A DNA stretch of 64,000 nt, from assembly GCF_006345805.1 (NCBI RefSeq), contig NC_043008.1:74710001-74774000 (forward strand), given 5' to 3'. The notes beneath the pieces were generated by a model. That model did no database searches. It had not been told where the DNA came from and saw only the letters and a list, made by a program, of their open reading frames with translations. The number at the start of each line of letters is the position of its first letter. Positions within the stretch are counted from its first letter, which is position 1. Positions 11,995-25,130 of this stretch are shown piece after piece. The position numbers and the translations under genes are program-made. The stretch is from Octopus sinensis (Eukaryota).

Positions 11995-12324
11995 TAGCAT
12001 GGCTGTTCTGTACAAACAGACGTTACTGCAATTTTTTAACCCCAAGACAACATTTCCTCTAGCTGGTGAACGATGAAACCTGCATCCGATATATTGCAAG
12101 CGGGGGAGTGAACCCCTACCACTTTCTAGTAACAGAACCAGAAGACCAGCCTGCTTTCAGGCTATTTCTATCTTTCCTTTGCTTTGCTTAATGTTTTTTG
12201 TATTAAATATAAGACATTTCATCATTTGTAGAACAAACATCTGATTATTTTCATCGTTGTCTCAAATTTAGAGTCTGACACTTCTTGTCAGGTTACACCA
12301 ACCCAATGTGCAGTGGTGTGGCAC

Positions 12325-12415
<91 letters not shown>

Positions 12416-14347
12416 ACTATCACACTAATTAAACAGATTTGTTGTGTAAGGCCCAAAAAATGTGAGTAGGTACGAAGTAAACTAAAGAAGGAAAAGGGAA
12501 AGAAAACAAGACAAGGCTGCAGTTTTACCTTGTATTCCTATATTTACCTTGTATTCCTATATTTTGGGATTATGACCCATTCTTCAGGACATTTAGTAGA
12601 ATTAGTAGTTGGCAAAGTCATTGCTCAGATGTGTTGGGGAGGAAGGAGGAAGGGGACATGTGCAGATTGGTGTTGCTGCTGCAACCAATCTGCTTCATCT
12701 AGTCCCTTCTAGCTGTTAATGGCTGCTCTCACCACACAATGCTTCACCAAAACTACCACACTAAAATAATTTTGTGTACACTTAGATTCAGTTATGTTAC
12801 CCACTCTTCCCTTTGTCCATTAACAACCTGCATGTTGTCTCCTTTAAAAATGTTTGCATCTATTCAGACAAGATGACCTTCCAAACATGCCAAACCATCT
12901 GAAGATGGGAATCATCCAGCATGCCACTTCAAACATCACATTAAAGCTGCACAAGCTCCAAGAACAGAGACTTAGAAAACATTATCTAGAGAAGAGGTAC
13001 AACAAAATATTCCTTCAACAGCAATCATTCCACACATCATCATCATCATTACTATTATCATCATCATTATCATCGTCATCGGCAGCAGCGGTGGCATCAT
13101 CATCATCATTATCATCAAAAGCATAACCATTATCAACATCAACACAATTATTATTGTCATCATCATCATCATCATCATCATTGTTTTACATTTGCACTTC
13201 CAGACTGATAAGGTTCCAATGGCAGTGTTTTCTGAGGCAATGTTTTACAATATGACCCCTTTTCTATTGCCAACATTTTAGTATCTCTTGTAACATTCAG
13301 GAACATAGTGGTACCACTTTGAAAACCAGGACACTTACAGCAAACCAGCCAATATTAGATACACATTTTTATTTCAGTCTCAATTTTTCTGTGGAATCAA
13401 CTTATCTTCATGGATTCTTGTAAAATTCTGAAGTCTCCAAATTCCATTTTAACTATAATTGTCACACTTTAATCTTATTTTCCATCCTTCCAGTTCCAAG
13501 AGTTAAACACAAATTCTGGGACATGCACCAAAAAAAAATACATTCTAACACAAAATGGTATCATTTCTCTTTTACCATTTACTGGTGCTGCTACTTGGAG
13601 AAATTCAAATATTCAATTGGACTTTGATAGGGAATGACTGAAACAATATTTAGGTTAGAGAATCTTTAGAATTTGTCTATCTCCAGATTGTAACCTTTAA
13701 CATTTGACCTTTGAGGAAGGTTACTTCATATTGATTCGTGCAAGTATCAAACTAATTCTATCTGACTTCAATTCTATAGAACTAATTTGTTTGGTCATAA
13801 GCATAGAACATTGGTTATGGAATTAGTCGTCCTAATAAAATTTTGTTTTCATAATATCTAAATGAAAACAGAAGGGTGGGTGGATGAGATATCTTTTTCT
13901 AAATTCTCTTTAAGAATTCTTCTAAGAAATTGAATATATGTGCATATTTCTAGTGGAACTATCAACTATATCTTCATAATTGACAATCAAATTATATTGA
14001 TGAAGACATCTGCTCAATTTTGTCCAGTCACTAAATTTCAATTGATTAGTTTTCAATATAACTCTTATTATTGGAATAAATAGTCTATAGAATAGCAGGA
14101 CAAAGTAAAGTTATAATAAAAGAAAATACCGCAATTAGAAATGGCAGTGGCTTTAAATAACAAATTTTGATGTGACTGATTCTTTACAGACGTTTTTATT
14201 GTATATTTAATTTTGATTCAAATGGAATTGGTTAAATGTATCAAGATATAGTTTGTTTTTATTTGTCATTAGATATATCATTACAAGTGAACAAAGAATG
14301 TGTATATGCTAACATTAACCTCTCCAAAGAATGTGTGTATTTATATA

Positions 14348-14378
<31 letters not shown>

Positions 14379-15129
14379 TACATACATACATATGTGCACA
14401 CACTCATATCTAAGTCACTGTGTGAGTGTGAGTATGTGTGAGTGTGTGTGTGTGTGTGTTGTGTGTGTGTGTGTGTGTGTGTGTGCGTGCGTGCGTGCGT
14501 GTGTGTGTGTGTGTGTGCGTGCATGCATGTATATGTTAATATTAATCTACTGAAAAAGGATTTCATCACATGTCTATTAAAGTTATAAACAGATTTCTCT
14601 TTGTACCTGTATGAATTTATTTTAATGTTGCTATTAATTTCTGCAACAAAATTCCTCAAATTCAATGAGGTGCTAAATTACAGAAGAATCTCTTCGGCAT
14701 TCTTTGACATGGTCAGGTTAAGGCATCACACATAGAACATTTGTGTGACAAGTTCAAACCTCTGAGCTGATAGTAAATTTTATCTCTCTTCAGATCTTCA
14801 GAGAGCAGTTAGCTGTTTTTTCACCAAGCAACTCATCAAGATTACTCTAACATATTGCCCATGGAGATCTCTGTCTCTTGTTAGTGCTGCTCACACTGGA
14901 CTCTTGTTTTGTCTTGTTATTGTTTAACCCCAGGTCAACTCTGATAAAAAATATCTATAGTTAAAATCATTTCAGCCATTGCCATCCTACCTTTTTAGGA
15001 GTTTGTTATCTAATATGTCCTTTTCTTTCATAAAGTGGTCAGGTATGATTTTAGAGTGGTTTATTTGTAGTAGAATAAACCACAGTAGTAGAATGAGTGA
15101 CCAAACCCCTTATAGTGTTGATTGTTCAT

Positions 15130-15570
15130 GTACAAGAGCTTATCTCTAATAGTGGAGGAAACCTGTGTAAGGGGTACACACAGGAAGACATTGGACAAGG
15201 TGGTGAAATATGATCTTTGGCTGTTGTGTGTCTTGGAGGCAATGACAAGTGACCAAGGCTTCTGGCAGTTTACTGTACTTGAGAAGACACATCAAGCTAA
15301 ATGAATTGTGATTGTTGCCTGTGCTAGTGAGATGCAAAAGGTAACCATACCAGTGACACATGTAAAAGTACCCTGTACGTTCTGTACGGTGGTTTGCATA
15401 AGGAAGGGCATCTAGCCACAGAAACCAAACCAAAATAGATGACTGGAGACTGGTGCAGCTCTCTGGATTATGAGTTCTGGTCAAACTGTCTCACCCATGC
15501 CAACATGGAAAACAGATGATAAATGGTGGTGGTGGTGGTGGTGGAGGAGGAGGAGGAGGAGGAGGAAGAG
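15130..15570 (+). mobile_element. RTE LINE 3' end
   Basis: RGTHRKTLDKVVKYDL...MTSDQGFWQFTVLEKT resembles the RTE C-terminus, followed by the 3' UTR cccatgccaacatggaaaacaga and a triplet tail. Confidence 0.75.
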
Positions 15571-16689
15571 GAGGAGGGAAATTGTCAATGAAGTACAGAA
15601 CACTTGGTTCAGAACTTAGGAGTTCATATTTCACTAAAAGCAATTTGCTGAGGCTGATCAGTTGCCACAATTTGTCTAATTGGAGACAATCTATCAGAAA
15701 TCTTAGGGTGGGGGTTAATCACCTACAATAGACTAGCTACTTATATATACATTGTGAAATTATCTTATTATTTCCCTTTACATTTGGGAGTTCTAATCTC
15801 TGCTCAAGGGTATTTTATTCTCTCCTCTTACACCAATGAAATAAATATCAGTCGACAAATGTTGGAGTTGATGCAATCCTGTCCCAGCATGATCAGAGTC
15901 CAGTGTCTAAAATCAGTAAATCAGTAGTAAGACAGGGTCTTCCAGTCACACCAAAACGGACAGTAATTTGGAATAAGACTGATTTGACTGCAATAACCTG
16001 TCCAACCTACGCTAGCACAGAAAGTGAATGTAAAATGAGAATGGTGATGACATCATACATGTAAATTCATATGTGTGTACACATTTTACACATATTTTTA
16101 TGTATGCATCTACACACATGCATAAGGCACACACATACACAGAAACATATATGTATGGGTGTTTATGTGTTATACATATATCTGTTGCAAAATACATACA
16201 TATATGTGTATATATATATATATATATATTGTAAAATCCTGCTTCTGTACCTCTTAGTAGTGTAACAGTAGCAATGGTTGTTTAGTAGCTATAGCAGTAG
16301 GTCATATGCTCTGACAAGACCATCCAAGTTACAAAGATACCAGACAACTGACCCTGTGGAAGGACCACCTCATGGAAGTGAGGATTCACTAGAGGTTGGA
16401 AGCTTCCTAAACTAAGAATGTAATAAACAGCCAACCTGTCTAGCCAGTAAGATGGCTTCATTTTAAAAACTAAAACAATGCAGTGAAATGGACATCAGTA
16501 TCCTGCAAGTAAATTGGACCACTCCATGGCAGCAGAGTGAAATTCTTGAAACCAGAGGCTGCTAAAATTCTCAGGTATTAATAGTTTGTTATGGAATCAG
16601 ATAATATCCCTTGCCATATGTACCTACAACAGCAGGTCTTCAGCAGGAGTAACCAGAATGACCCATCTAATAGAAGAGGAAAAGAAAAC

Positions 16690-17080
16690 TAAATGCAATG
16701 TGTTAAGGCTCTTTGAAACACATTAAAGGAAATAAATAAATGTGAAGTGGACAGAGGAAAGTGTCATGAGACTGGGAAAGTGGAAGGTGCAAGAGCAACA
16801 GGTGATATAATGTTCATCTTAAGCAAAGAATGGGCTTCAAAAATTGATTAAAACTAATTGTCTTCATCATGTAATAGAGTGTGAAACATTTATCTCTCAA
16901 GAAATACTGCCCTGAAGATCCTCCAGATTTATACACCAAGAAATATGAACAAAAATAACAAATTAAAAGAAATATACCAAAGTTAAACTAAGTGCTAGCT
17001 CACAAATCCACTTCCAGTTTAGTGATGGGAGAATTCAACTCAGAGTTTGGCAAAGGATAACAGGGAGAGAAATAAGAATT
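16690..17080 (+). mobile_element. Highly decayed RTE-type AP endonuclease remnant
   Basis: Fragments GKVEGARATG, LKILQIYTP, MGEFNSEFGKG correspond to IQVYAP and MGDFNAKVGK motifs. Confidence 0.5.
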
Positions 17081-17439
17081 AACTCACTACCTGGGTCAAT
17101 TCTTATTTGGAAAGTTCATATTTGGAAATTCTTTCAACATGAGTGAGTGAATCATGTCTGATGTATATATTCCAATTTTAGCATAATTTCTACAGCTGGA
17201 TGTACTTCCTAACATCCAACCACTTTACAAAATATACAAAATGCATTATGTCCTGATTCCAACACTAATAAGATTGCCTAGTACTTTCAAAGACAAAAGT
17301 GTTCAAACCACGCTGTAGGATCTACATTTTTTGAAGCAACACAACTGAGAAGAATAGAAAGAAAGGCAATAATGAAGATTGAGGCAAGATTACAAGACAG
17401 TGGGAGAAATGGTGTGATTAGAGTAAGAGGGTGGTAGAA

Positions 17440-18860
17440 GAAGGAGTAATGGAAGTGAGGGACTGTGATGGTAGAGACTAATAGAAGAATGGGACAGTGA
17501 TGGTAGGGTGTAATGGAAAATAGGAAAGTGGTGGTAGAGAGTAATGGAAGAGAGCAACAGTGATGGTAGGGAATAAGGGAAGGAAAAAATAACGATAGTA
17601 GGGGGTAAGGGAAGAGAGGACCAGTAAAGTTAGGGAGTAATGAAAGAGAGGGACAGATATATTAGGCATTAATGGAAGCAGGGGGACAGTGATGGTAGGG
17701 ATTAATGGAAGAAAGGGTCAGTGATGGCAGGGAGTAATGGAAGAGGATGGGGATGGTAGGGCATAATAGAAGAGGACAGTGATGGTACAGAGTAATGGAA
17801 AAGGACAACAATGCTAAGGAATAATGGAAGAGAGGGACAGTGATTGTAAATAGTAATGGAATAGAAGGACAGAGATGGTAGGGAGTAATGGGAGAGAGGG
17901 ACAGTGATGATAGGGAGTAATGGAAGAGAGGGACAGTGATGTTAGGGAGTAATGGAAGAGAGGGACAGTGATGATAGGGAGTAATGGAAGAGAGGGAGAG
18001 TGATGGTAGTGAGTAATAGAAGAGAGGGATAGTGATGATAGGTAGTAATGGAAATTAGGGAGTATGATGATAAGGAGTAATCAAAGAGGGGTACAGTGAT
18101 GGTAGGCAGTAATGGAAGAGAGGGACAGTGATTGTAGGGAGTGATGGAAGAGAGAGTCAGTAATGGTAAGGAATAATGGAAGTGAGGGGCAGTGATGGTA
18201 GGGAGTAGTGTAATCAAGTGTCAGTCACAGTACAGCGTAATTGAATAGAGGGACAGTGACGGTAGCGTATAATAGAGGAGGGAAACCCTGATGGCAGGGA
18301 GGAATGGAGGAAAGGGTTATATATAGTAGGGAGTAATGGAATAGATGTGTAGTGATAGTAGGGAGGAAGTGAAGAAAGTGATAGTGATAATAGGGATTAA
18401 TGGAAGAGAGGAACAGTGATGGTTTGGAGTAGTGGAAGGGAGAGACAGTGATGGCACGGAGTAATGGAAGAGAGGGACAGTGCCAGTAGGGTGAAATGGG
18501 AGAGAGGAACAGTGATGGTAGAGAGAAATTGAGAGGGGACAGTGATGATAGGGAGCAATGGAAGAGGGGAACAGTGAAGATAGTAAATAATAGAGGAGAA
18601 GTACAGTGATGGTACAGTGTAATGGGTCAGTGATGGTAGGGAGTATTGGGAGATAGGGACATTGGTATTAGGGAGTACTTGAGAGGATGACAATGATGAT
18701 AGGGCATAATCAAAGAGTGGTACAGTGATTGTAGGTATTAATGGAAGAGAGGGGCGCTGATGGTAGTGATTCATAGAAGAGAAGGGCAGTGATAGAAGGA
18801 AGTAATGGAAGAGAGGGACAGTGATGGTACCGAGTAAGGGTTGTAGGGGACACTGAAGGT
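17440..18860 (+). repeat. Purine-rich 32-bp minisatellite, roughly 40+ degenerate units
   Basis: Consensus gtgatggtagggagtaatggaagagagggaca. Confidence 0.95.
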
Positions 18861-19453
18861 AGTGTGTATTGGAATAAAGGGCCAGTGTTGATTTGTTGTG
18901 GTGAAAAAATACTTTTTCTCAGAATATTTTGCACAAGTAAACTGAGATGAACATAGTGTTATCATATGGAGTGGAAGTTTAATACAAAGTCTTGTGGTTA
19001 GTAACCCATTACCTTAGCCTTTCAACTGTTGCCATGATGATGTATCCCCTTCAAAAATTTAATTGATCATACTGACTTCAGTACATATTTCAATCTAGCA
19101 TTTATTTTATCGATCTCTGCTTGATGAACTTTGAGACATAGTGGGACACAATACTTGATGTAACAACAAATGCAAACACACATGTATTAGGTGCAAGAAT
19201 GACTATGTTCAGTCCCTCTGCATGCTACCTTGTGCAAGTGTTTTCTACCATAGCCTTAGGCCAACAACAGACTTGTGACTGAATTTTGTTGAAGGAAACT
19301 GCAGCGTTGTTCATCAAAAAATGACAAAAAAACATGTTTATAAAGAAGAGTTGTTTGCTACACACTCCTCATGTGCTGATTCTGCCCATAAGAAAGCAAC
19401 AAATCTAAGTCAGGAAGAAGATGCACTTGTATAGCTGTTAGTAGAATGGGTAT

Positions 19454-19718
19454 ATTGTCTAAATTTTATAGTGCTAATTATCCATCACAGCTGTTCTTAC
19501 AAATTGGTCTCATGTGAAATTATATAATGGAGTGTTAGGAAACAAACCAGTTTTATAATATATGACCAGTCACCATCTCCCCTTCCATGTTGGCTATCTC
19601 TGACAAGTGCATATTAAATAACTGGTTTGTTACCTAACACTCCATTAAATAATCTCACATGAAACCATTTGGTAAGACCAGCCATGACGGATAATTAACA
19701 CCATAAAATTCAGACAAT
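19454..19718. mobile_element. Foldback/MITE-like palindrome with ~110-bp arms and ~45-nt spacer
   Basis: 19454-19564 (attgtctaaattttatagtgctaattatcc...aaaccagtt) is the reverse complement of 19610-19718 at roughly 80-85% identity; TA-rich flanks. Confidence 0.85.
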
Positions 19719-19754
19719 GTATATTATACATATATATATATATATATATTTCTG

Positions 19755-19798
<44 letters not shown>

Positions 19799-20197
19799 TA
19801 TATACATATATATATATATAAACAGCCACACCTGTACCTGAATTAAAAAAAATATGGATGACAAATCCAAACGAGGTATATTATATATCCATGCTTCCAT
19901 TACTATTAACCATTTTAAGTCTCAGTTCATCATGTTTGTAGAGGTGGGATGGATCTTCCCAGCAAAGTGTTACCAATCATTGCAATTATTGTCATTTCAA
20001 ACCAGAGATCAGTCTTCAATTCTTCAACCCATGTCTTCCTTAGTTTCCCTCTTCTGCTCATTCTTTTGAGTTCACAGTATTTTTGTCACTGTATATTACA
20101 TGTTTCTCAGGTTATTTTTTCAAGTCTTCAAAATTCCCCAACTCCCCAGTACCTATATATGTATATATGTATGTGTGTATGTATGTATGTATGTATG

Positions 20198-20228
<31 letters not shown>

Positions 20229-20249
20229 GTATGTTATTCTGTTACACTT

Positions 20250-20480
20250 CCAGATGGGAAGGGTCTTCCTATGATGCTGACAGGTAGTGTTTGTGCAAGA
20301 CCCTGTCTCAGTAAAGCTGGACACAAGAATCATCTTCATAGTCATAAAGCGAGACAGATGAGTGACAACCTGGCCACTGGTGGTGGTGTTACGCACCATA
20401 CTAATCATATCTGTCGGGAATGTGGAAGAGAGTGTAATTTGGCAGGAGGACTTAAACGATATGCAAAGGTAATGAAGCCC
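20250..20480 (+). other. Two degenerate C2H2-type zinc-finger motifs (RTE-BovB C-terminus or ZNF gene remnant)
   Basis: SVCARPCLSKAGHKNHLHSH and HICRECGRECNLAGGLKRYAKV within ORF 20271-20555. Confidence 0.55.
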
Positions 20481-20775
20481 AGTTACAACTACAGCCGGCT
20501 ATTAGCAGTAAAGGTTTTAGCTGCCAATTCTGTTCAAGACATTGTAGATCTTTAGCTGGGCTAAAAAGTCACATTCAATCACAGCACCAATAACAGTTAA
20601 GCTTTGTACAATGGCCATACTCGATAACAAGGGGGCAGCCATCATGTTATTCTATTACAAAAATAGTATTGACAGCAACTTTGAAGTTTCAGCCAGCTAA
20701 ACCATCATGGGACTGAGGCAGTAGTGACTTGATCCGAGCTCTGTGGAATGAAAATCAGGTTGTGTGGTAGGTTGT

Positions 20776-20806
<31 letters not shown>

Positions 20807-21823
20807 TCACAGATTAATAGATAGACAGAAAGACACACAGACAGATAGACAGATATAGAGATATATTACTATTTAAAAGTTTGATTTGGCCCCATACAAC
20901 TTAACAGAAACCTAACTCATTCAGGCTTAGTTACCTGAATGAAGAGATATAGATATTGAGATATAGACACATAAATCTATGTACAGTCCATATATCAGTG
21001 CATACATATCACATTATAAATATACATACAGACACACACATACACACACACATGCACATACTTTTATGTATTGTCCACTTCCCTGAGAGTCTATATAAAA
21101 TAAAGAAAGCATTGAGAACAGTGTGGCACAGATATTATCCATTTAGCAATATCAAGTTATCAAATGATACAGTATCAAAGAGATACTGTGGAGGTAAACA
21201 AGACATAATCTTTATTTTAATCAAATAAATGTAAAGTTGACTATGAAATATAACTGGAATCTAGAGCTGAAGATCTTTATTAAATGATAACACACACACA
21301 CACACACACCACACACACACACACATACACTCACAGATTAATAGATAGACAGAAAGACACACAGACAGATAGACAGATATAGAGATATATTACTATTTAA
21401 AAGTTTGATTTGGCCCCATACAACTTAACAGAAACCTAACTCATTCAGGCTTAGTTACCTGAATGAAGAGATATAGATATTGAGATATAGACACATAAAT
21501 CTATGTACAGTCCATATATCAGTGCATACATATCACATTATAAATATACATACAGACACACACATACACACACACATGCACATACTTTTATGTATTGTCC
21601 ACTTCCCTGAGAGTCTATATAAAATAAAGAAAGCATTGAGAACAGTGTGGCACAGATATTATCCATTTAGCAATATCAAGTTATCAAATGATACAGTATC
21701 AAAGAGATACTGTGGAGGTAAACAAGACATAATCTTTATTTTAATCAAATAAATGTAAAGTTGACTATGAAATATAACTGGAATCTAGAGCTGAAGATCT
21801 TTATTAAATGATAACACACACAC
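20776..21823 (+). repeat. 524-bp tandem duplication, two copies, bounded by (CA)n
   Basis: Identical ORFs at 20956 and 21480; landmarks at 20801/21325 and 21290/21814 keep the 524 offset. Confidence 0.95.
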
Positions 21824-21829
21824 ACACAG

Positions 21830-21861
<32 letters not shown>

Positions 21862-22019
21862 AAATACGTACATACATACATACATACATACATACATACG
21901 TACGTACATACATACACACAGATTGCAGCATGTCAGACGTCTTAGATCTACAATGACAATCTTTTGATCTCTTATCTTATGCATTTTAATATTGTTGTTG
22001 TTGTTCTTTTTGACGATGA

Positions 22020-22028
22020 TTACTATGA

Positions 22029-22062
<34 letters not shown>

Positions 22063-22290
22063 GGTGGTGGTGGTGATCTTGCAGCAGTGAAAACAGTGGT
22101 GGTGTTGCTGGTGGCAGTAGCTGTGTCAGTGGTGACTTTATGATGATGATGGTGTTGGCACTGGTGGCACTGGTGGTGGTGGTGGTGGTGGTGGTGGTGG
22201 TGGGGTGGTGGTGGCGGTGGAGGCGGCGGCGGCGGCGGCGGCGGGGGCGGCGGCGGCGGTGGTGGTGGTGGTGACGGCGGGAGTGCGGGT
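22020..22290 (+). repeat. Compound triplet repeat (GAT)n-(GGT)n-(GGC)n
   Basis: Seen directly in the sequence. Confidence 0.95.
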
Positions 22291-22659
22291 GGCAGTGTTT
22301 GTTGCTGTTGAGTAAATAGAAATCCGTATATTTTGTCTCAGAGAATTTGGTTCAATTACACAGAGGAGAAAGAGAACAACATAGTAGAGGTGGTGTTGGA
22401 GTTAGAGGTGGTGATGGTGGTGGTGGTGGTGGTGGTGGGAAAAGAACAGAGCTAATTGAATAATATTTGTCAGAAAATATTTGATTGAAGGTTCCTCAAG
22501 AATGAGAAAATCTTCAAGTTTTATAGACTTCTACTTCAAAAGTATTAAGTATTTGAGTCAATATAAACCAAAGATAGGAATTCCATTCATTAAAGTTTCC
22601 ATCTTCTTAAAGACAAAAGATCATGATTATAGAAATCAAGGAAAACCTGTAGCAAATGA

Positions 22660-22691
<32 letters not shown>

Positions 22692-23052
22692 TCACTACTT
22701 CCCCTCTCTCTCACTCTCTCTCTCTCTTTGTCTAGCTGGCTGGCTCTCTCTTTCTCTCCCTTTCCCTCTCACATTCTTTCTCCCTCACTCTTTATCGCTC
22801 TCACCCTCTTTCTCTCTGTCTTTGTCTACTTGTCTGTCTTTCTCTCTCTCGCTTCTTCTCTCTCTCTTTCTCTCCCTTTCCCTCTCACATTCTTTCTCCC
22901 TCACTCTTTATCGCTCTCACCCTCTTTCTCTCTGTCTTTGTCTACTTGTCTGTCTTTCTCTCTCTCGCTTCTTCTCTCTCTTTCTCTCTATCTCATTGAC
23001 TGGCTGGCTGGCCCTCTCTTTCTCCCTCAGTTCCTCTCTCACTCACTCTTCT

Positions 23053-23086
<34 letters not shown>

Positions 23087-23233
23087 TCCACTTTCTCTCT
23101 ATCTCTCTGTCTTTGTCTAGCTCTCCATTTCTCTCTCTCCCTCTTTCTCTCTATCTCTCTGTCTTTGTCTAGCTCTCCATTTTTCTCTCTCCCTCTTACT
23201 CTGTCTTTGTCTGTCTGTCTTTCTCTCACTCCT

Positions 23234-23280
<47 letters not shown>
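22660..23280 (+). repeat. Polypyrimidine (CT)-rich tract containing a 116-bp tandem duplication
   Basis: cacattctttctccctcactc... at 22770 and 22886. Confidence 0.9.
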
Positions 23281-23281
<1 letters not shown>

Positions 23282-24099
23282 TCATTGCAGAATTCCATCT
23301 GCAAAGCGAAATAAGGTGTCGTTAAATAGTTTGCATAGATGAATGGCTAAAAAATAACTATAATTTTCACTCCCAAAATTTATCTTCTCAAATATTCTTA
23401 AATCTGTTTCTGGCAGAAATAATTGAAGATCATAAATGTGGTGATTAGCAGGATAATGGTAAAGTCAGTTTTACAGTGGGAAATCAACATCATTATCATC
23501 ATCATCGTCAGCACAAATACTACTATCACCACAGTTACTTCTATTACAATCATCATCATCCACCCCTCCTCCTCCTCATCATCATCATCATCACCACCAC
23601 CACCACCACCACCACCTCGATCATCATTATCATTGCCATCATCATTGCTGCTGGCATCACCACCATCACCAATACCACTACTGTCCTTCTCTTCATCATC
23701 ATCATCAACACCACGATTACCACTACCATCTCCATCTCCACCACCACCATCATCATGATCATGATCATCATCATGATCATCATCATCCTTATCATCAACA
23801 TTAGCATTGTTATAATGTAAGATATCTGACTCCTCTTTCTCGTTGATATAGATTTGATGAGTTTATCTAATGACCTCAATATTCAACCATCTCATCTACA
23901 AGACTGAATGTTCAGTATTTCTAAATCCACTGTTTCTACACCTCCATGTACATCAAACTTAAGTTCCCTCCACCCCCACTGCATAATTCACACTGCACTT
24001 ATTCACTTTATACATCTAGACTAGACTAGTTAGCTCTCCTGTCTAAAGGTAGATCCAACTATCAAACATGTCCATCATGAAAATCACACCCACTTACCA

Positions 24100-24480
24100 C
24101 CATTATTAAAATTGGGCAGGCAGTTTTCTTCTGCCTGATGGCTGTGGCGAAAGAGGTTGCAAGGTGAACAAGGCTGAAACAATTGAAGACTGACACTTTT
24201 TTCCTTGGTCAAGACCTCATTGACCTCCTTGAGTTCCACTTAGAAAGGAAAGTGAGGATGGAAAGGGAAGTGCTGTGCTCCAGTGAATTTCTCAAAAGGA
24301 GAGCGACTGCAACAAAACTGGTTAGAGTGAATGAAATTAATCTAAGCTTGTGCCTGCAATTTGGAGAACAACTTTTTGGTGAGAGCGTGTGCCCTCCATG
24401 GCAGGGTGATTTTAAATCTGTGGGGTTCCTTGACTGGCCCCAGTTGGGGGCTCTCTTGTGTCAGGAGGGCTCTACAATCC
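24100..24480 (+). mobile_element. Probable L1/Tx1-type LINE 3' end, copy 1
   Basis: AVFFCLMAVAKEVAR*TRLKQLKTDTFFLGQDLIDLLEFHLERKVRMEREVL; homologous (~60-65% by eye) to 24930-25130. The family assignment rests on recalled resemblance only. Confidence 0.45.
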
Positions 24481-24929
24481 ATGTATATACATATCTTATG
24501 TATGCTTTTTATCCCATCTCTTCGTTCTACCACCTTTTTATCTCTACTCAAATTTATACAAAACCCACAAGTAATAACATGTTTGTAATCTCCTCTCTTA
24601 TCAGATAAACCTATGGTGAATAAAATATTGCCACAGGGGAGTCGATTATTTGGCATGGTATTGATTCTATGGGCACTACCAGCACAGAAATGCCATCAGT
24701 TGGGATTATCCAAGATGTATGAATAATGACAACATTGAATTGCAAATATTAATGCCATGTCAGAGTATTACTGATTGTGGAATTATGTTGAACAGCTGTT
24801 ATCACGCAGAGTCCATTGTGGAGGCTACTCTGCCACTTACCTTTAGAAAAGCAGAGTAGCTGGTGTTCTTCTGTCTAACAACTAACAAAAGTGATGGTGA
24901 GGTGGATGAGGCCAAAAGGAGTGAGGATA

Positions 24930-25130
24930 GACATATCCTCTTTGGTCAAGCTCTTATCCCCTATTCAAGTTCAAATTGGATGGGGAAATGGGGGTGCACA
25001 GGAAAGTGCTCTTTGCCAATGAACTTGTCAAAAGATTAGTGACTGTGGCAAAATGGTTAGGGTGAATGGAACTATACAATGTCAGGAGACTTGAAAAGAA
25101 CAGTTTGGCAAGGGCTTGTGACATAGGAGG
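24930..25130 (+). mobile_element. Probable L1/Tx1-type LINE 3' end, copy 2, more decayed
   Basis: ttggtcaag...aagtgct...tgaa.tt.tcaaaag..ag.gactg..caaaa.tggttag.gtgaatg is shared with copy 1. Confidence 0.4.

Noticed and set aside
17440-18860. Regularly spaced repeats as a possible CRISPR array
   Set aside because: The units are contiguous with no unique spacers, the context is eukaryotic, and no cas genes are present.
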